A stretch of 59,125 nt of DNA from Eubacteriales bacterium (GTDB taxonomy: Bacteria > Bacillota > Clostridia > Oscillospirales > CAG-272). Positions within the stretch are counted from its first letter, which is position 1; each line of letters starts with the position of its first letter. The DNA lies in contig JAZNEQ010000168.1 in the NCBI GenBank assembly GCA_045588715.1, positions 1 through 59,125 of the forward strand, written 5' to 3'. Positions 45,928 through 54,396 of the stretch are shown one piece after another. The notes beneath the pieces were generated by a model. That model was given only the letters and a program-made list of their open reading frames with translations, searched no databases and was not told the DNA's origin. Made by a program: the position numbers and the translations under genes.

Positions 45928-48522
45928 ATGCGGTGTAGAAAGATTGCTTTTTTACCGGCGCTGCTTTTTTGTGCTCTCCTTTTTTCTTCCTGCGTATTTA
46001 TAGGAACCGATCTGCCTTGGAGAGAAGGCATTCCTGCCTTTTCGGATTCCATGCCGTCGGAGGAGCCTTCTTCTCTGACCGATTTCCAAGAGGAAAGTGC
46101 AGCTTCCGCGTCGGAACCGATCTCCTCCGAGCCTGTTTCTTTGGAGAATTCATCCGAAACGGAAGCCTTGGAAAGCGAGGAAGGATCGCTGTCTGTCTCT
46201 TCAAGCACTCAGCAGGTGCCCGACCGAGAGCCCACAGGACTTAATCATTTTTATCAAAGGCTTCTCAATGCCAATCAACTCTCACAGGTACTGACCCAAA
46301 AGAGCAATCTGCTCCTTTGCATTCGATCCGAAGATAAGGATTTTTCATGGTATTATACAATGGAGGACGGTTCTCTTTCCATTGACGTCTCAAAGAAACA
46401 TTTGCAGTCGGGCGAAACGCTTTTGTACAACGTAAGGGGAAACGGGTATTATTCTTTGGTGAATGGCTTGCCAAACTTCCTCTTTCTTACCGAAAATGAA
46501 ACGGATAAGATAGCGGCTTTGTTTGGATGTGAAGTTTTTTACAGCGATTCCTCTCCTGTGACCTTGACACACGTTGACAACGAAACCGTTGCTTGTAAAA
46601 CGGTCGTTACAAATTCGGGCGTTGTTCAAGAGCTTAGAATCACTTATTTTGCAGATCCTGAAACGCTTCTTTTGAAAAGTGTCTTAACAGAGTGGTTGGA
46701 TGATGAAAACACGCTCAAGACCGAGACCGTTGAATTTTACTACGGGGTCGAATCGTTTGAAAGAGATACAAGCGCATACGATGTTCATGTAAGCGCTGTT
46801 GACCGTATCAAGCTTTATCTTAAAACCGATACCGATATCAAAACGTTTATGCTGGCATCGGATACGCTGATCGGTGCTTCTTTGGATGCCGAGGGCAGGG
46901 AATACGCGCTTTACAAAAATGACCGCAAAACCAAGGACGTAAGCGATCTTTCCTTACAAACGAGCGGAGAAATGATGGTTTATCTCGGACCTTGGTACGG
47001 AGACGTTTCCTTTGAATATACGTTGTGTGAGGCGGACATGACCGAATTTTCGGAGCTGCTTGAGTCGCTTAAGACCGCTGCGATCGAGAACGGAGACGTG
47101 GATGCTGCCGCCGTTGCTTATGACAAAGTGAATTTGATGTATGAATATATCGAAACACAGGCAAACGTGGCCTACGTCAATTATCGTAAGAATGGGCAGA
47201 GCGTGACGTATACAGAGCAACATCAAAGGGCCTCCGCGGCTTATGCCGAGGCATACACGGATCTGCGGAACGCGATTGCAGAAATCGTCGCCTCGGATGC
47301 GCCCTTCAAGGAACAATTGCTTTTGGATTGGAGCGAAGAGGAGCTTTTGGCAGACCATTCTCAAATCGGAGAGCTTCAAAATGCCAACGATCTACTTTTG
47401 ATGGAGTATTCTGCGTTAGACGAAGCCGCGACGGATTGGAATTCGCAGGTCAACGCACTTTACGAGGAGCTTGTCCAAAATTCGAACCGTATCGCCGCCC
47501 TTCAAGGATATGAAAACTATTATGAATACGCGTCGCAATACGTTTACGGCAGAGACTATTCAAAAGATGAACGGGATGCGTTTCGGGCTTACGTTAAGCA
47601 ATATATCGTTCCTCTTTATTTTGCCGTGAGTGATGCTGCCTTCGAGGTCTTGCTTTTGCCGACAGAGCAAAACGAGATGCTGGAGGCGTTGCTTGATGAT
47701 GAGATAAGCGAGCTTGAAAAAACGTATCTGCAAAGCTATTTTTCCGAGTTTGAAGTGCCGTTGAAGAACAAAATGTCCTCGATGCTGGAAAAGAACACGG
47801 TCTGTCATGGCAACGACGAAGGAGGATACGCCGGCGCATTTACCTTGTATTTCCCAATGTACGAGGAGCCTGTCGTATACTTTGGACCCGGTTTCTCCAA
47901 CCTGTTGACCTTTGTCCACGAAAACGGTCATTACGCAGCATTTTACGGTATTGGAGACGAGCCCCTCCCCGATCTGGATCTTTGTGAAACGCATTCACAG
48001 GGGAATGAGTGGCTATTCCTCTCTTACGTGCGGGAGAAGCTTGATCCCGACGTTTACGAGGCGTTTATGCTTACACGCTTGCTTAGCGGCTTGCAGGGGA
48101 TCATTATTTCCACGATCGTTGATGAATGCGAGGAAGCGATCTATACCGCAGAGACTCCGTATTCAAGAACAGAATACGATGCCTTGATCGAATCAATTGC
48201 AGCCGAATACGGGGATTTTGGAATATACTACGACGTAAACGAATATTTCAAAAGCGTTGCGATCGTTTCCCAGGTGTACTATATCAGCTATGCGACCTCC
48301 GAGATGGCATCGGTCCTGCTTTATACTCGCGCAGAGGAGGACTTTGATTCTGCCGCCCTCGTGTTTTCACAACTGTTGGATGGTGCAAGCTCGGCTGACA
48401 GCTTTCTATCTGCACTCAACGCTTGTTCCTTCCCGTCTCCTTTTTTGGAGGAGACCTTCCGGGATTTTTCCGAATTGATCAATCGGTTGCTTTCGTTGGA
48501 GGAAGTTCCCGCGGCGGCATAA
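45928..48522 (+). CDS. Lipoprotein with an unknown N-terminal region and a C-terminal M3 (oligoendopeptidase F-like) zinc-peptidase domain
   Basis: Lipobox LFSSC, an S/E-rich linker and ~400 aa with no recognisable motif. Then comes a PepF-like region with HENGH (47917-47931) and a downstream CETHSQGNE. AAGGAG RBS before ATG 45928. Confidence 0.7.
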   Translation: MRCRKIAFLPALLFCALLFSSCVFIGTDLPWREGIPAFSDSMPSEEPSSLTDFQEESAASASEPISSEPVSLENSSETEALESEEGSLSVSSSTQQVPDREPTGLNHFYQRLLNANQLSQVLTQKSNLLLCIRSEDKDFSWYYTMEDGSLSIDVSKKHLQSGETLLYNVRGNGYYSLVNGLPNFLFLTENETDKIAALFGCEVFYSDSSPVTLTHVDNETVACKTVVTNSGVVQELRITYFADPETLLLKSVLTEWLDDENTLKTETVEFYYGVESFERDTSAYDVHVSAVDRIKLYLKTDTDIKTFMLASDTLIGASLDAEGREYALYKNDRKTKDVSDLSLQTSGEMMVYLGPWYGDVSFEYTLCEADMTEFSELLESLKTAAIENGDVDAAAVAYDKVNLMYEYIETQANVAYVNYRKNGQSVTYTEQHQRASAAYAEAYTDLRNAIAEIVASDAPFKEQLLLDWSEEELLADHSQIGELQNANDLLLMEYSALDEAATDWNSQVNALYEELVQNSNRIAALQGYENYYEYASQYVYGRDYSKDERDAFRAYVKQYIVPLYFAVSDAAFEVLLLPTEQNEMLEALLDDEISELEKTYLQSYFSEFEVPLKNKMSSMLEKNTVCHGNDEGGYAGAFTLYFPMYEEPVVYFGPGFSNLLTFVHENGHYAAFYGIGDEPLPDLDLCETHSQGNEWLFLSYVREKLDPDVYEAFMLTRLLSGLQGIIISTIVDECEEAIYTAETPYSRTEYDALIESIAAEYGDFGIYYDVNEYFKSVAIVSQVYYISYATSEMASVLLYTRAEEDFDSAALVFSQLLDGASSADSFLSALNACSFPSPFLEETFRDFSELINRLLSLEEVPAAA

Positions 48523-48557
48523 AACAAATAAAAATTTATCTCAAAGAGGTACGAAAA

Positions 48558-49739
48558 ATGAAAATTGTCCTTGAAAGCTTAACAAAAAAATACCCAAGCC
48601 GAAACAAACGCGTATCGGGTGACGTGATCGCTGTCGATCATTTTTCCTTTGAGATCCCCGATGGAAAGCTGATCGGTCTTTTGGGCCCCTCGGGATGCGG
48701 AAAGAGCACGACTCTGGGGCTTATCAGCGGACTGATCAAGCCTACGGAGGGAAAAATTTATTTTGGAGACGAGGACGTTACCAAAACCGCACCGGAGCAC
48801 CGCGGTGTAGGACTTGTCTTCCAAAACTATGCGTTGTACCCGCATTTGACGGTTTTGCAAAACATTACCTTTCCTTTGGAAAATTTAAAAGGGAAGGACA
48901 AGCTTCCGCGTGCCGAGCGCGAAAGAAGAGCCGTTGAGATCGCAAAGCTTGTACAGATCGATGCGCTGCTTGACCGAAAGCCCTCCGAGCTTTCGGGTGG
49001 ACAACAGCAGCGTGTGGCGATCGCACGCGCGCTTGTCAAAATGCCCCGTGTTCTTCTGTTGGACGAGCCGCTTTCCAATCTGGACGCAAGACTCAGACTG
49101 CAAACACGCGAGGAGATCAAACGGATCCAAAAGGAAACGGGCATCACCACGGTTTTTGTAACGCATGACCAGGACGAGGCGATGAGTATTTCGGATCTGA
49201 TCGTTGTTATGAAGGATGGCGTAGTCCAGCAGATCGGCGCCCCGCAAACGGTATATGACGATCCTGCCAACCTTTTTGTGGCGAGATTTCTGGGCATTCC
49301 CCCCATCAACGTGTTTGAAGGAAGTGTCAAAAAGGAGAAGCTTTACATCGGCGGCAAGCGCGTTCTTGACGTGGAGGGCGCACAGGACGGGGAAGTGTTT
49401 GCGGCGGTTCGCCCCGAGGGATTTGTGCCCGATGAAAACGGAAGGCTTGTTTGCACCCTTTCGGGAATTGAGGTCATGGGGCGAGACGTCAGCATTGTTT
49501 CTACGCATAAGGCGTCTGTGGCTCCTACGGTTCGTGCCATTGTTCCCGCGGAGCTTGGCATTAACACCGCCTGCACGGAGATCTCGTTCTCTCTTAAGGC
49601 ATCCAAGGTCTATTTGTTTGACCGTAATACCGAGGAGCGTATCCGCTTTGCGGGGGAGATTGCTTCCGAAAAAGTCGGTGACGACCGCGGATCGGTTGCG
49701 GGATTCTTTACGCGACTTTTTAAAAAAGGAGCAAAGTGA
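48558..49739 (+). CDS. Carbohydrate-type ABC transporter ATP-binding protein (MalK/UgpC/MsmX-like)
   Basis: [35 protein letters not shown], and a MalK-like C-terminal regulatory domain. Confidence 0.9.
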   Translation: MKIVLESLTKKYPSRNKRVSGDVIAVDHFSFEIPDGKLIGLLGPSGCGKSTTLGLISGLIKPTEGKIYFGDEDVTKTAPEHRGVGLVFQNYALYPHLTVLQNITFPLENLKGKDKLPRAERERRAVEIAKLVQIDALLDRKPSELSGGQQQRVAIARALVKMPRVLLLDEPLSNLDARLRLQTREEIKRIQKETGITTVFVTHDQDEAMSISDLIVVMKDGVVQQIGAPQTVYDDPANLFVARFLGIPPINVFEGSVKKEKLYIGGKRVLDVEGAQDGEVFAAVRPEGFVPDENGRLVCTLSGIEVMGRDVSIVSTHKASVAPTVRAIVPAELGINTACTEISFSLKASKVYLFDRNTEERIRFAGEIASEKVGDDRGSVAGFFTRLFKKGAK

Positions 49740-49788
49740 TGATCTGTTTCCTGAAAAATAAAAATTTGAATTTAGGGAGGTAATGGGG

Positions 49789-50679
49789 ATGGAAAAACGA
49801 AATTTGAAAGCCTGGTTGTATCTTTTGCCGGCAATTTTGTTTCTCGGTGTTTTTATGATATATCCACTCGTCGACGTGTTGATCTATTCCTTTGAGGAGG
49901 GCTACAACTCTACCTCTCAAACCTCCTTCGGCATTGGCTTTTATAACTATTCCTACGTGCTTCACGATCCGTATTTCTTGCAAGCGATCAAAAATACGCT
50001 GATCCTCGTTTTTATCACGGTGCCGCTTTCTACCGTCATTGCGATCGCAATTTCCGTAGGACTATCCTCCATTCAAAAATTGCGCGGACTGTTTCAAACG
50101 GTATATTTTCTTCCGTACGTTACAAACACCCTTGCGGTAGGGCTTGTCTTTATGCTTTTGTTTAAGCCAACCGATTACAGCCCCGGATTTGTCAATCTTC
50201 TTCTTGGGGCGTTTGGCATCTCTCCCATTGATTTTATCAATGGACCTTATGCCGCAAAAATGTTTGTGCTTTGCTTTTACACGATCTGGGCGGTCATGCC
50301 GTTTAAGATTCTTGTGCTCACGGGGGCGCTTGCCTCGGTGAGAGAGGATTATTATCACGCGGCACGTCTTGACGGGACCTCGCCCTTCCGTATTTTCAGA
50401 AAGATCACGCTCCCCATGATCTCTCCCACCGTGTTTTATCTGATCATTACGGGATTTATCGGCGCGTTTAAGGCATATAACGATGCGGTGGCGCTCTTTG
50501 GTACCGAGCTCAACGTGGCAGAAATGAATACCATCGTAGGCTACATCTACGACCGGCTTTACGGCGAGGGTGGAGGATACCCCTCCTTTGCGTCTGCTGC
50601 CGCGATCATTCTCTTCATCATTGTGCTGACCATTACCTGTATCAACCTTCTCATCAGTAAAAAGCGTGTGCACTATTAA
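49789..50679 (+). CDS. Carbohydrate ABC transporter permease (MalF/UgpA-like)
   Basis: Six TM segments with the EAA loop YHAARLDGTSPFRIFRKITLP. GGGAGG RBS 8 nt before ATG 49789. Confidence 0.88.
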   Translation: MEKRNLKAWLYLLPAILFLGVFMIYPLVDVLIYSFEEGYNSTSQTSFGIGFYNYSYVLHDPYFLQAIKNTLILVFITVPLSTVIAIAISVGLSSIQKLRGLFQTVYFLPYVTNTLAVGLVFMLLFKPTDYSPGFVNLLLGAFGISPIDFINGPYAAKMFVLCFYTIWAVMPFKILVLTGALASVREDYYHAARLDGTSPFRIFRKITLPMISPTVFYLIITGFIGAFKAYNDAVALFGTELNVAEMNTIVGYIYDRLYGEGGGYPSFASAAAIILFIIVLTITCINLLISKKRVHY

Positions 50680-50691
50680 AGGAGGGGGATC

Positions 50692-51558
50692 ATGAAAAAA
50701 ACAAACAACGTTGAAAAAAAGAACGTGGCAAGCGCCCGTATAAAAAAAGGTCTTGTATATACCATGCTCTTTCTTTGGGGATTACTGGTGCTGTTCCCGT
50801 TTTACTGGATGCTTCTGACCTCCTTTAAGTCCTATGCGGAATATAACGGGGAGAGCATTCCAAAGCTTTTCGTATCAAGCCCCACCTTCCAAAACTTTAT
50901 TAAGGCCTTTACCGAGGTGCCTCTTGGCAATTATCTCTTTAATACGCTTATTTTTACACTTTTGACGACTGCGCTCATGCTTGTTGTGGTCATTCCCGCA
51001 GCATATGCCTTTGCGCGCCTCGAGTTCAAAGGGAAAAACCTGGTGTTTACCCTGTTTTTGTCGCTTATGATGATCCCCAACGAGCTTGTGATCATTACCA
51101 ACTTTACCACCATTACCAATCTGGATCTGAGAAACACCTTTGCGGGCCTGATCCTTCCCTCGGTGATGTCGGTATTTTACATTTATCTTCTCAAAGAAAA
51201 CTTTTCCCAGGTGCCGGAAGAACTCTATCTTGCCGCAAAGGTGGACGGGACCTCCGACTTTAAGTATATGTGGAAGGTGATGCTGCCGATCTGCAAGCCT
51301 ACGGTCGTCACGATTACCATCCTTAAGGTGATCGAATGCTGGAACTCTTATATCTGGCCAAGACTTATTACCGACGAGGAGGCGTATTATCTCGTTTCCA
51401 ACGGAATCCAGGAGCTTCGCGAGAGCGGATTTGGCAGAGACAATATTCCTTCTATGATGGCAGCGGTCGTGGTGATCTCCGTACCTTTGGTGGTGTTGTT
51501 TCTGATCTTTCGCAAAAAGATCATGGCTGGTGTTGCGAGAGGAGGAACCAAGGGATGA
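50692..51558 (+). CDS. Carbohydrate ABC transporter permease (MalG/UgpE-like)
   Basis: EAA loop LYLAAKVDGTSDFKYMWKVMLP. Confidence 0.88.
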   Translation: MKKTNNVEKKNVASARIKKGLVYTMLFLWGLLVLFPFYWMLLTSFKSYAEYNGESIPKLFVSSPTFQNFIKAFTEVPLGNYLFNTLIFTLLTTALMLVVVIPAAYAFARLEFKGKNLVFTLFLSLMMIPNELVIITNFTTITNLDLRNTFAGLILPSVMSVFYIYLLKENFSQVPEELYLAAKVDGTSDFKYMWKVMLPICKPTVVTITILKVIECWNSYIWPRLITDEEAYYLVSNGIQELRESGFGRDNIPSMMAAVVVISVPLVVLFLIFRKKIMAGVARGGTKG

Positions 51559-53147
51559 AACGTATCAAAAAAATTCTTTCTATTCTTCTTATCTGTCTTT
51601 TCATACTGCCGGCATTGTATGCGTGCCATGGACGCACCTCGTCCACAGATACGTTTGTAACCCCCGAGAAATTTGATCTGACACAGCAACACGAGATCGT
51701 GTTTTGGGCGAAAAACGATACCAATCAAACGCAAATTTCCGTTTATAAAAAGGCAATTGCGGATTTTGAAGCGGCGTATCCCAACGTAACCGTTAAAATG
51801 AAGCCCTTTACGAATTACAATGATATTTATAAAGAGGTCATTACCAACATTCCCACAAATACCACGCCCAACGTGTGCATTACCTATCCCGACCATATCG
51901 CAACCTATAAAACGGGAAAAAATACCGTGGTTCCCTTGGATGATCTGATCGCAGATGAAAAATACGGCTTGGGCGGCAGCGGCGTGAATTTTGATGCCCC
52001 CACCAAGGAAGAAATGGTTTCTAAATTTATGGACGAGGGGAAGATCGGCGGTGTACAGTTCGCGCTTCCGTTCATGCGTTCGACCGAGGCGTGCTATATC
52101 AATCGCGATATGGTGGAAAAGTTGGGGTATGAGATCCCCGACGTTTTGACCTGGGATTTCATTTTTGAGGTGAGCGCCAAGGCAATGGAAAAGGATGCCG
52201 AGGGGAATTTTAAGATCAACGGACAAAAGGTCCTTTTGCCGTTTATCTATAAGTCCACCGACAACATGATGATCCAGATGTTAAAACAAAAAGGAGCGGG
52301 GTACTCCACCGACGACGGGCACATCGAGATCTTTAACGATACCACCGAGGAGATCCTTTACATGGTAGCCGATGCGGCAGAATCCAAATCCTTTACCACC
52401 TTTAAGATCAAGGGCTATCCCGGAAATTATCTAAACGCGGGGCAGTGCATTTTTGCAATTGATTCCACCGCGGGGGCTACGTGGATGGGTTCTGATGCGC
52501 CGCAATCCGATATCAGTGAAGAAGAAATTGTAAAATTTGAAACCGTTGTTCGCCCCATTCCTCAATTTGATACCGAAAACCCGCAAATGATCTCGCAAGG
52601 TCCTTCCATCTGCCTTTTCAATAAGGCAGACCGTCAAGAGGTGCTGGCGTCCTGGCTCTTTATGCAATTTCTTTTGACCGACGACGTGCAGATCTCTTAC
52701 GCACAGACCGAGGGATATCTTCCCGTTACCGAAAAGGCACACAAAACCGACCGTTACGTGGATTATCTTTCGAGAAGCGGTGAGGATAACGATCTGTATT
52801 ACAGTGTTAAGCTTGATGCCACAAAGCTTCTGCTTGACAATATCGATAACACCTTTATCACTCCCGTTTTCAACGGTTCTGCCGATTTGAGAAACGCTTC
52901 GGGGCAGATGATCGAGGAGGTCGTCAAGGGGCTTAATCGCAAGAAAATCATTGACGATGCATTTTTAAATGATCTTTACAATGAAATGACAGCGCTTTAC
53001 AGACTCAGCGGCGTGCGCCGCGATTTTGGCGTTTTGCCGACGGAAAGCATTTTGCTTCTTTCGGCGATCGGTGCGGTATGGCTTGGTATTTTGGCTTACG
53101 TTGCCGTTCATTTTTTGAAAAACAGGCTAAAAAAAGCAAAAAAATAA
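51555..53147 (+). CDS. Large (530 aa) extracellular solute-binding protein with a lipobox-like signal and an extra C-terminal TM helix
   Basis: Signal/lipobox ILPALYAC and an SBP family-1-like body. C-terminal ILLLSAIGAVWLGILAYVAVHFL-KNRLKKAKK. ATGA overlap with the permease stop. Confidence 0.82.
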   Translation: MKRIKKILSILLICLFILPALYACHGRTSSTDTFVTPEKFDLTQQHEIVFWAKNDTNQTQISVYKKAIADFEAAYPNVTVKMKPFTNYNDIYKEVITNIPTNTTPNVCITYPDHIATYKTGKNTVVPLDDLIADEKYGLGGSGVNFDAPTKEEMVSKFMDEGKIGGVQFALPFMRSTEACYINRDMVEKLGYEIPDVLTWDFIFEVSAKAMEKDAEGNFKINGQKVLLPFIYKSTDNMMIQMLKQKGAGYSTDDGHIEIFNDTTEEILYMVADAAESKSFTTFKIKGYPGNYLNAGQCIFAIDSTAGATWMGSDAPQSDISEEEIVKFETVVRPIPQFDTENPQMISQGPSICLFNKADRQEVLASWLFMQFLLTDDVQISYAQTEGYLPVTEKAHKTDRYVDYLSRSGEDNDLYYSVKLDATKLLLDNIDNTFITPVFNGSADLRNASGQMIEEVVKGLNRKKIIDDAFLNDLYNEMTALYRLSGVRRDFGVLPTESILLLSAIGAVWLGILAYVAVHFLKNRLKKAKK

Positions 53148-53157
53148 CCAATTCCTA

Positions 53158-53185
53158 TTGACAGATCTTGTTTTTTGATTATAAT
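53158..53185 (+). promoter_or_regulatory. Sigma-A-type promoter for the 237-aa lipoprotein gene
   Basis: TTGACA, 16 nt, TATAAT. Confidence 0.6.
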
Positions 53186-53233
53186 AATATTGTACACATA
53201 AGGTACACAGTAAAAACACAAAGGAGAAAAACA

Positions 53234-53947
53234 ATGAAAAGATTACTGGCAGTTCTTATGATCCTGGTAATGGCAGTCTCCGTTTTTGTTGCTTGCGACA
53301 ATAACGAGGACAACACACCCAAGGTCGATCCCAACGCAAAGTCCGAGGGAACTATGACCTACGCACAGTACGATGCCGCAAAGGTTGACGACGCCGTCGT
53401 TATCGAGGGCTTTGTTCAAGCAACCCAATCCTGGTGGGATAACAAGATCACCGTTTACCTGCAGGATGGCGACGGTGCTTACTACATTTACGAGATGGCT
53501 TGCTCCGAGGCAGATTCCAAGAAGCTTACAAAGGGCACCAAGATCAAGGTTACCGGAAGCAAGGCTGAGTGGGACGGCGAAATTGAGATCGTAGACGCAA
53601 CCTTCGAGTTTGCGGGAGATGACACCTACGTTGCAGAGGCTACCGACGTAACCGCACTGCTTGGTAAGGACGAGCTTATCAAAAAGCAGAATATGTTCGT
53701 TAAGTTCACCGATATGACCGTTGTTTCTATCTCGTTTAAGAACGACGAGCCCGGCGACGATATCTACGTAAACCTTTCTAAGGACGGTGCAGAGTACAGC
53801 TTCTGCGTAGAAAGATATCTGACCGATCCCGAAACACAGCTCTACAAGGACGTCAGCGCGCTCAAGAAAGGCGACGTGATCGACATTGAAGGCTTCCTTT
53901 ACTGGTGGAAGGGTCCCAACACTCACATTACCGCTGTTACTAAATAA
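53234..53947 (+). CDS. Lipoprotein of unknown function (two OB-fold-like halves)
   Basis: Lipobox VFVAC and an AAGGAG RBS. It has its own promoter and terminator. The half-repeat pattern is VVIEGFV...KKLTKGTKIKVTG versus FTDMTVV...LKKGDVIDIEGFL. Confidence 0.7.
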   Translation: MKRLLAVLMILVMAVSVFVACDNNEDNTPKVDPNAKSEGTMTYAQYDAAKVDDAVVIEGFVQATQSWWDNKITVYLQDGDGAYYIYEMACSEADSKKLTKGTKIKVTGSKAEWDGEIEIVDATFEFAGDDTYVAEATDVTALLGKDELIKKQNMFVKFTDMTVVSISFKNDEPGDDIYVNLSKDGAEYSFCVERYLTDPETQLYKDVSALKKGDVIDIEGFLYWWKGPNTHITAVTK

Positions 53948-53954
53948 TTAAAAA

Positions 53955-54005
53955 CGATAAAAGGTGTTGCCTCGAATTTGCAATTTGAGGCAACGCCTTT
54001 TATCG
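53955..54005 (+). terminator. Intrinsic terminator (19-bp stem)
   Basis: cgataaaaggtgttgcctc...gaggcaacgccttttatcg. Confidence 0.8.
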
Positions 54006-54015
54006 TAGAGGTCCC

Positions 54016-54044
54016 TTGACAAACGAAAAAATTGATATTATAAT
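54016..54044 (+). promoter_or_regulatory. Sigma-A-type promoter for the small lipoprotein / SGNH genes
   Basis: TTGACA, 17 nt, TATAAT. Confidence 0.65.
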
Positions 54045-54101
54045 AAGTATGTTTGAAAGACAGATGAAGAATGTCCGAAAATAACGATAGGAGGAGTGTT
54101 T

Positions 54102-54374
54102 ATGAAAATCTTCATAAGGTATCTTTTGATCCTCCTTGCATTCTGCCTTGCCGTTTCGGTTACGGCTTGCAGAGGAGTGGGGGAGGACGACGGATCTGAC
54201 GCACAGGAAAACGAGAGCCCGGAGGGAAGCGCAACTTTTGAGCAGACCGAAAGCACTTCTCCCAAGGAAAGTGACTCCACCGAGCCGTATGTGACGATGC
54301 CAAACGGTGACCCGAACAGAGATCCGTGGGTGGACGACGCAGGTGATGAGCTTTGGACCACGGCTGCCACGTAA
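54102..54374 (+). CDS. Small acidic lipoprotein (90 aa), unknown function
   Basis: Lipobox VTAC. The mature part is D/E/S/T/P-rich with low complexity. GGAGG RBS 7 nt upstream. Confidence 0.6.
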   Translation: MKIFIRYLLILLAFCLAVSVTACRGVGEDDGSDAQENESPEGSATFEQTESTSPKESDSTEPYVTMPNGDPNRDPWVDDAGDELWTTAAT

Positions 54375-54396
54375 TTGCTTTTTTAAGGAGTTGCTT

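Noticed and set aside
1230-54396. 5' extensions of ORF-track models: dnaJ 1230, secG 22344, dpaA 30253, hydrolase 32567, potD 36815, trxB 42087, lipoprotein 45910, ABC ATPase 48423, permease 49783, SBP 51336, lipoprotein 53168, small lipoprotein 54096 and SGNH 54307.
   Set aside because: In each case an internal ATG has a good Shine-Dalgarno sequence at proper spacing and gives a canonical N-terminus (J-domain, signal peptide or lipobox, Walker region). The extensions overlap the upstream gene, promoter or terminator.
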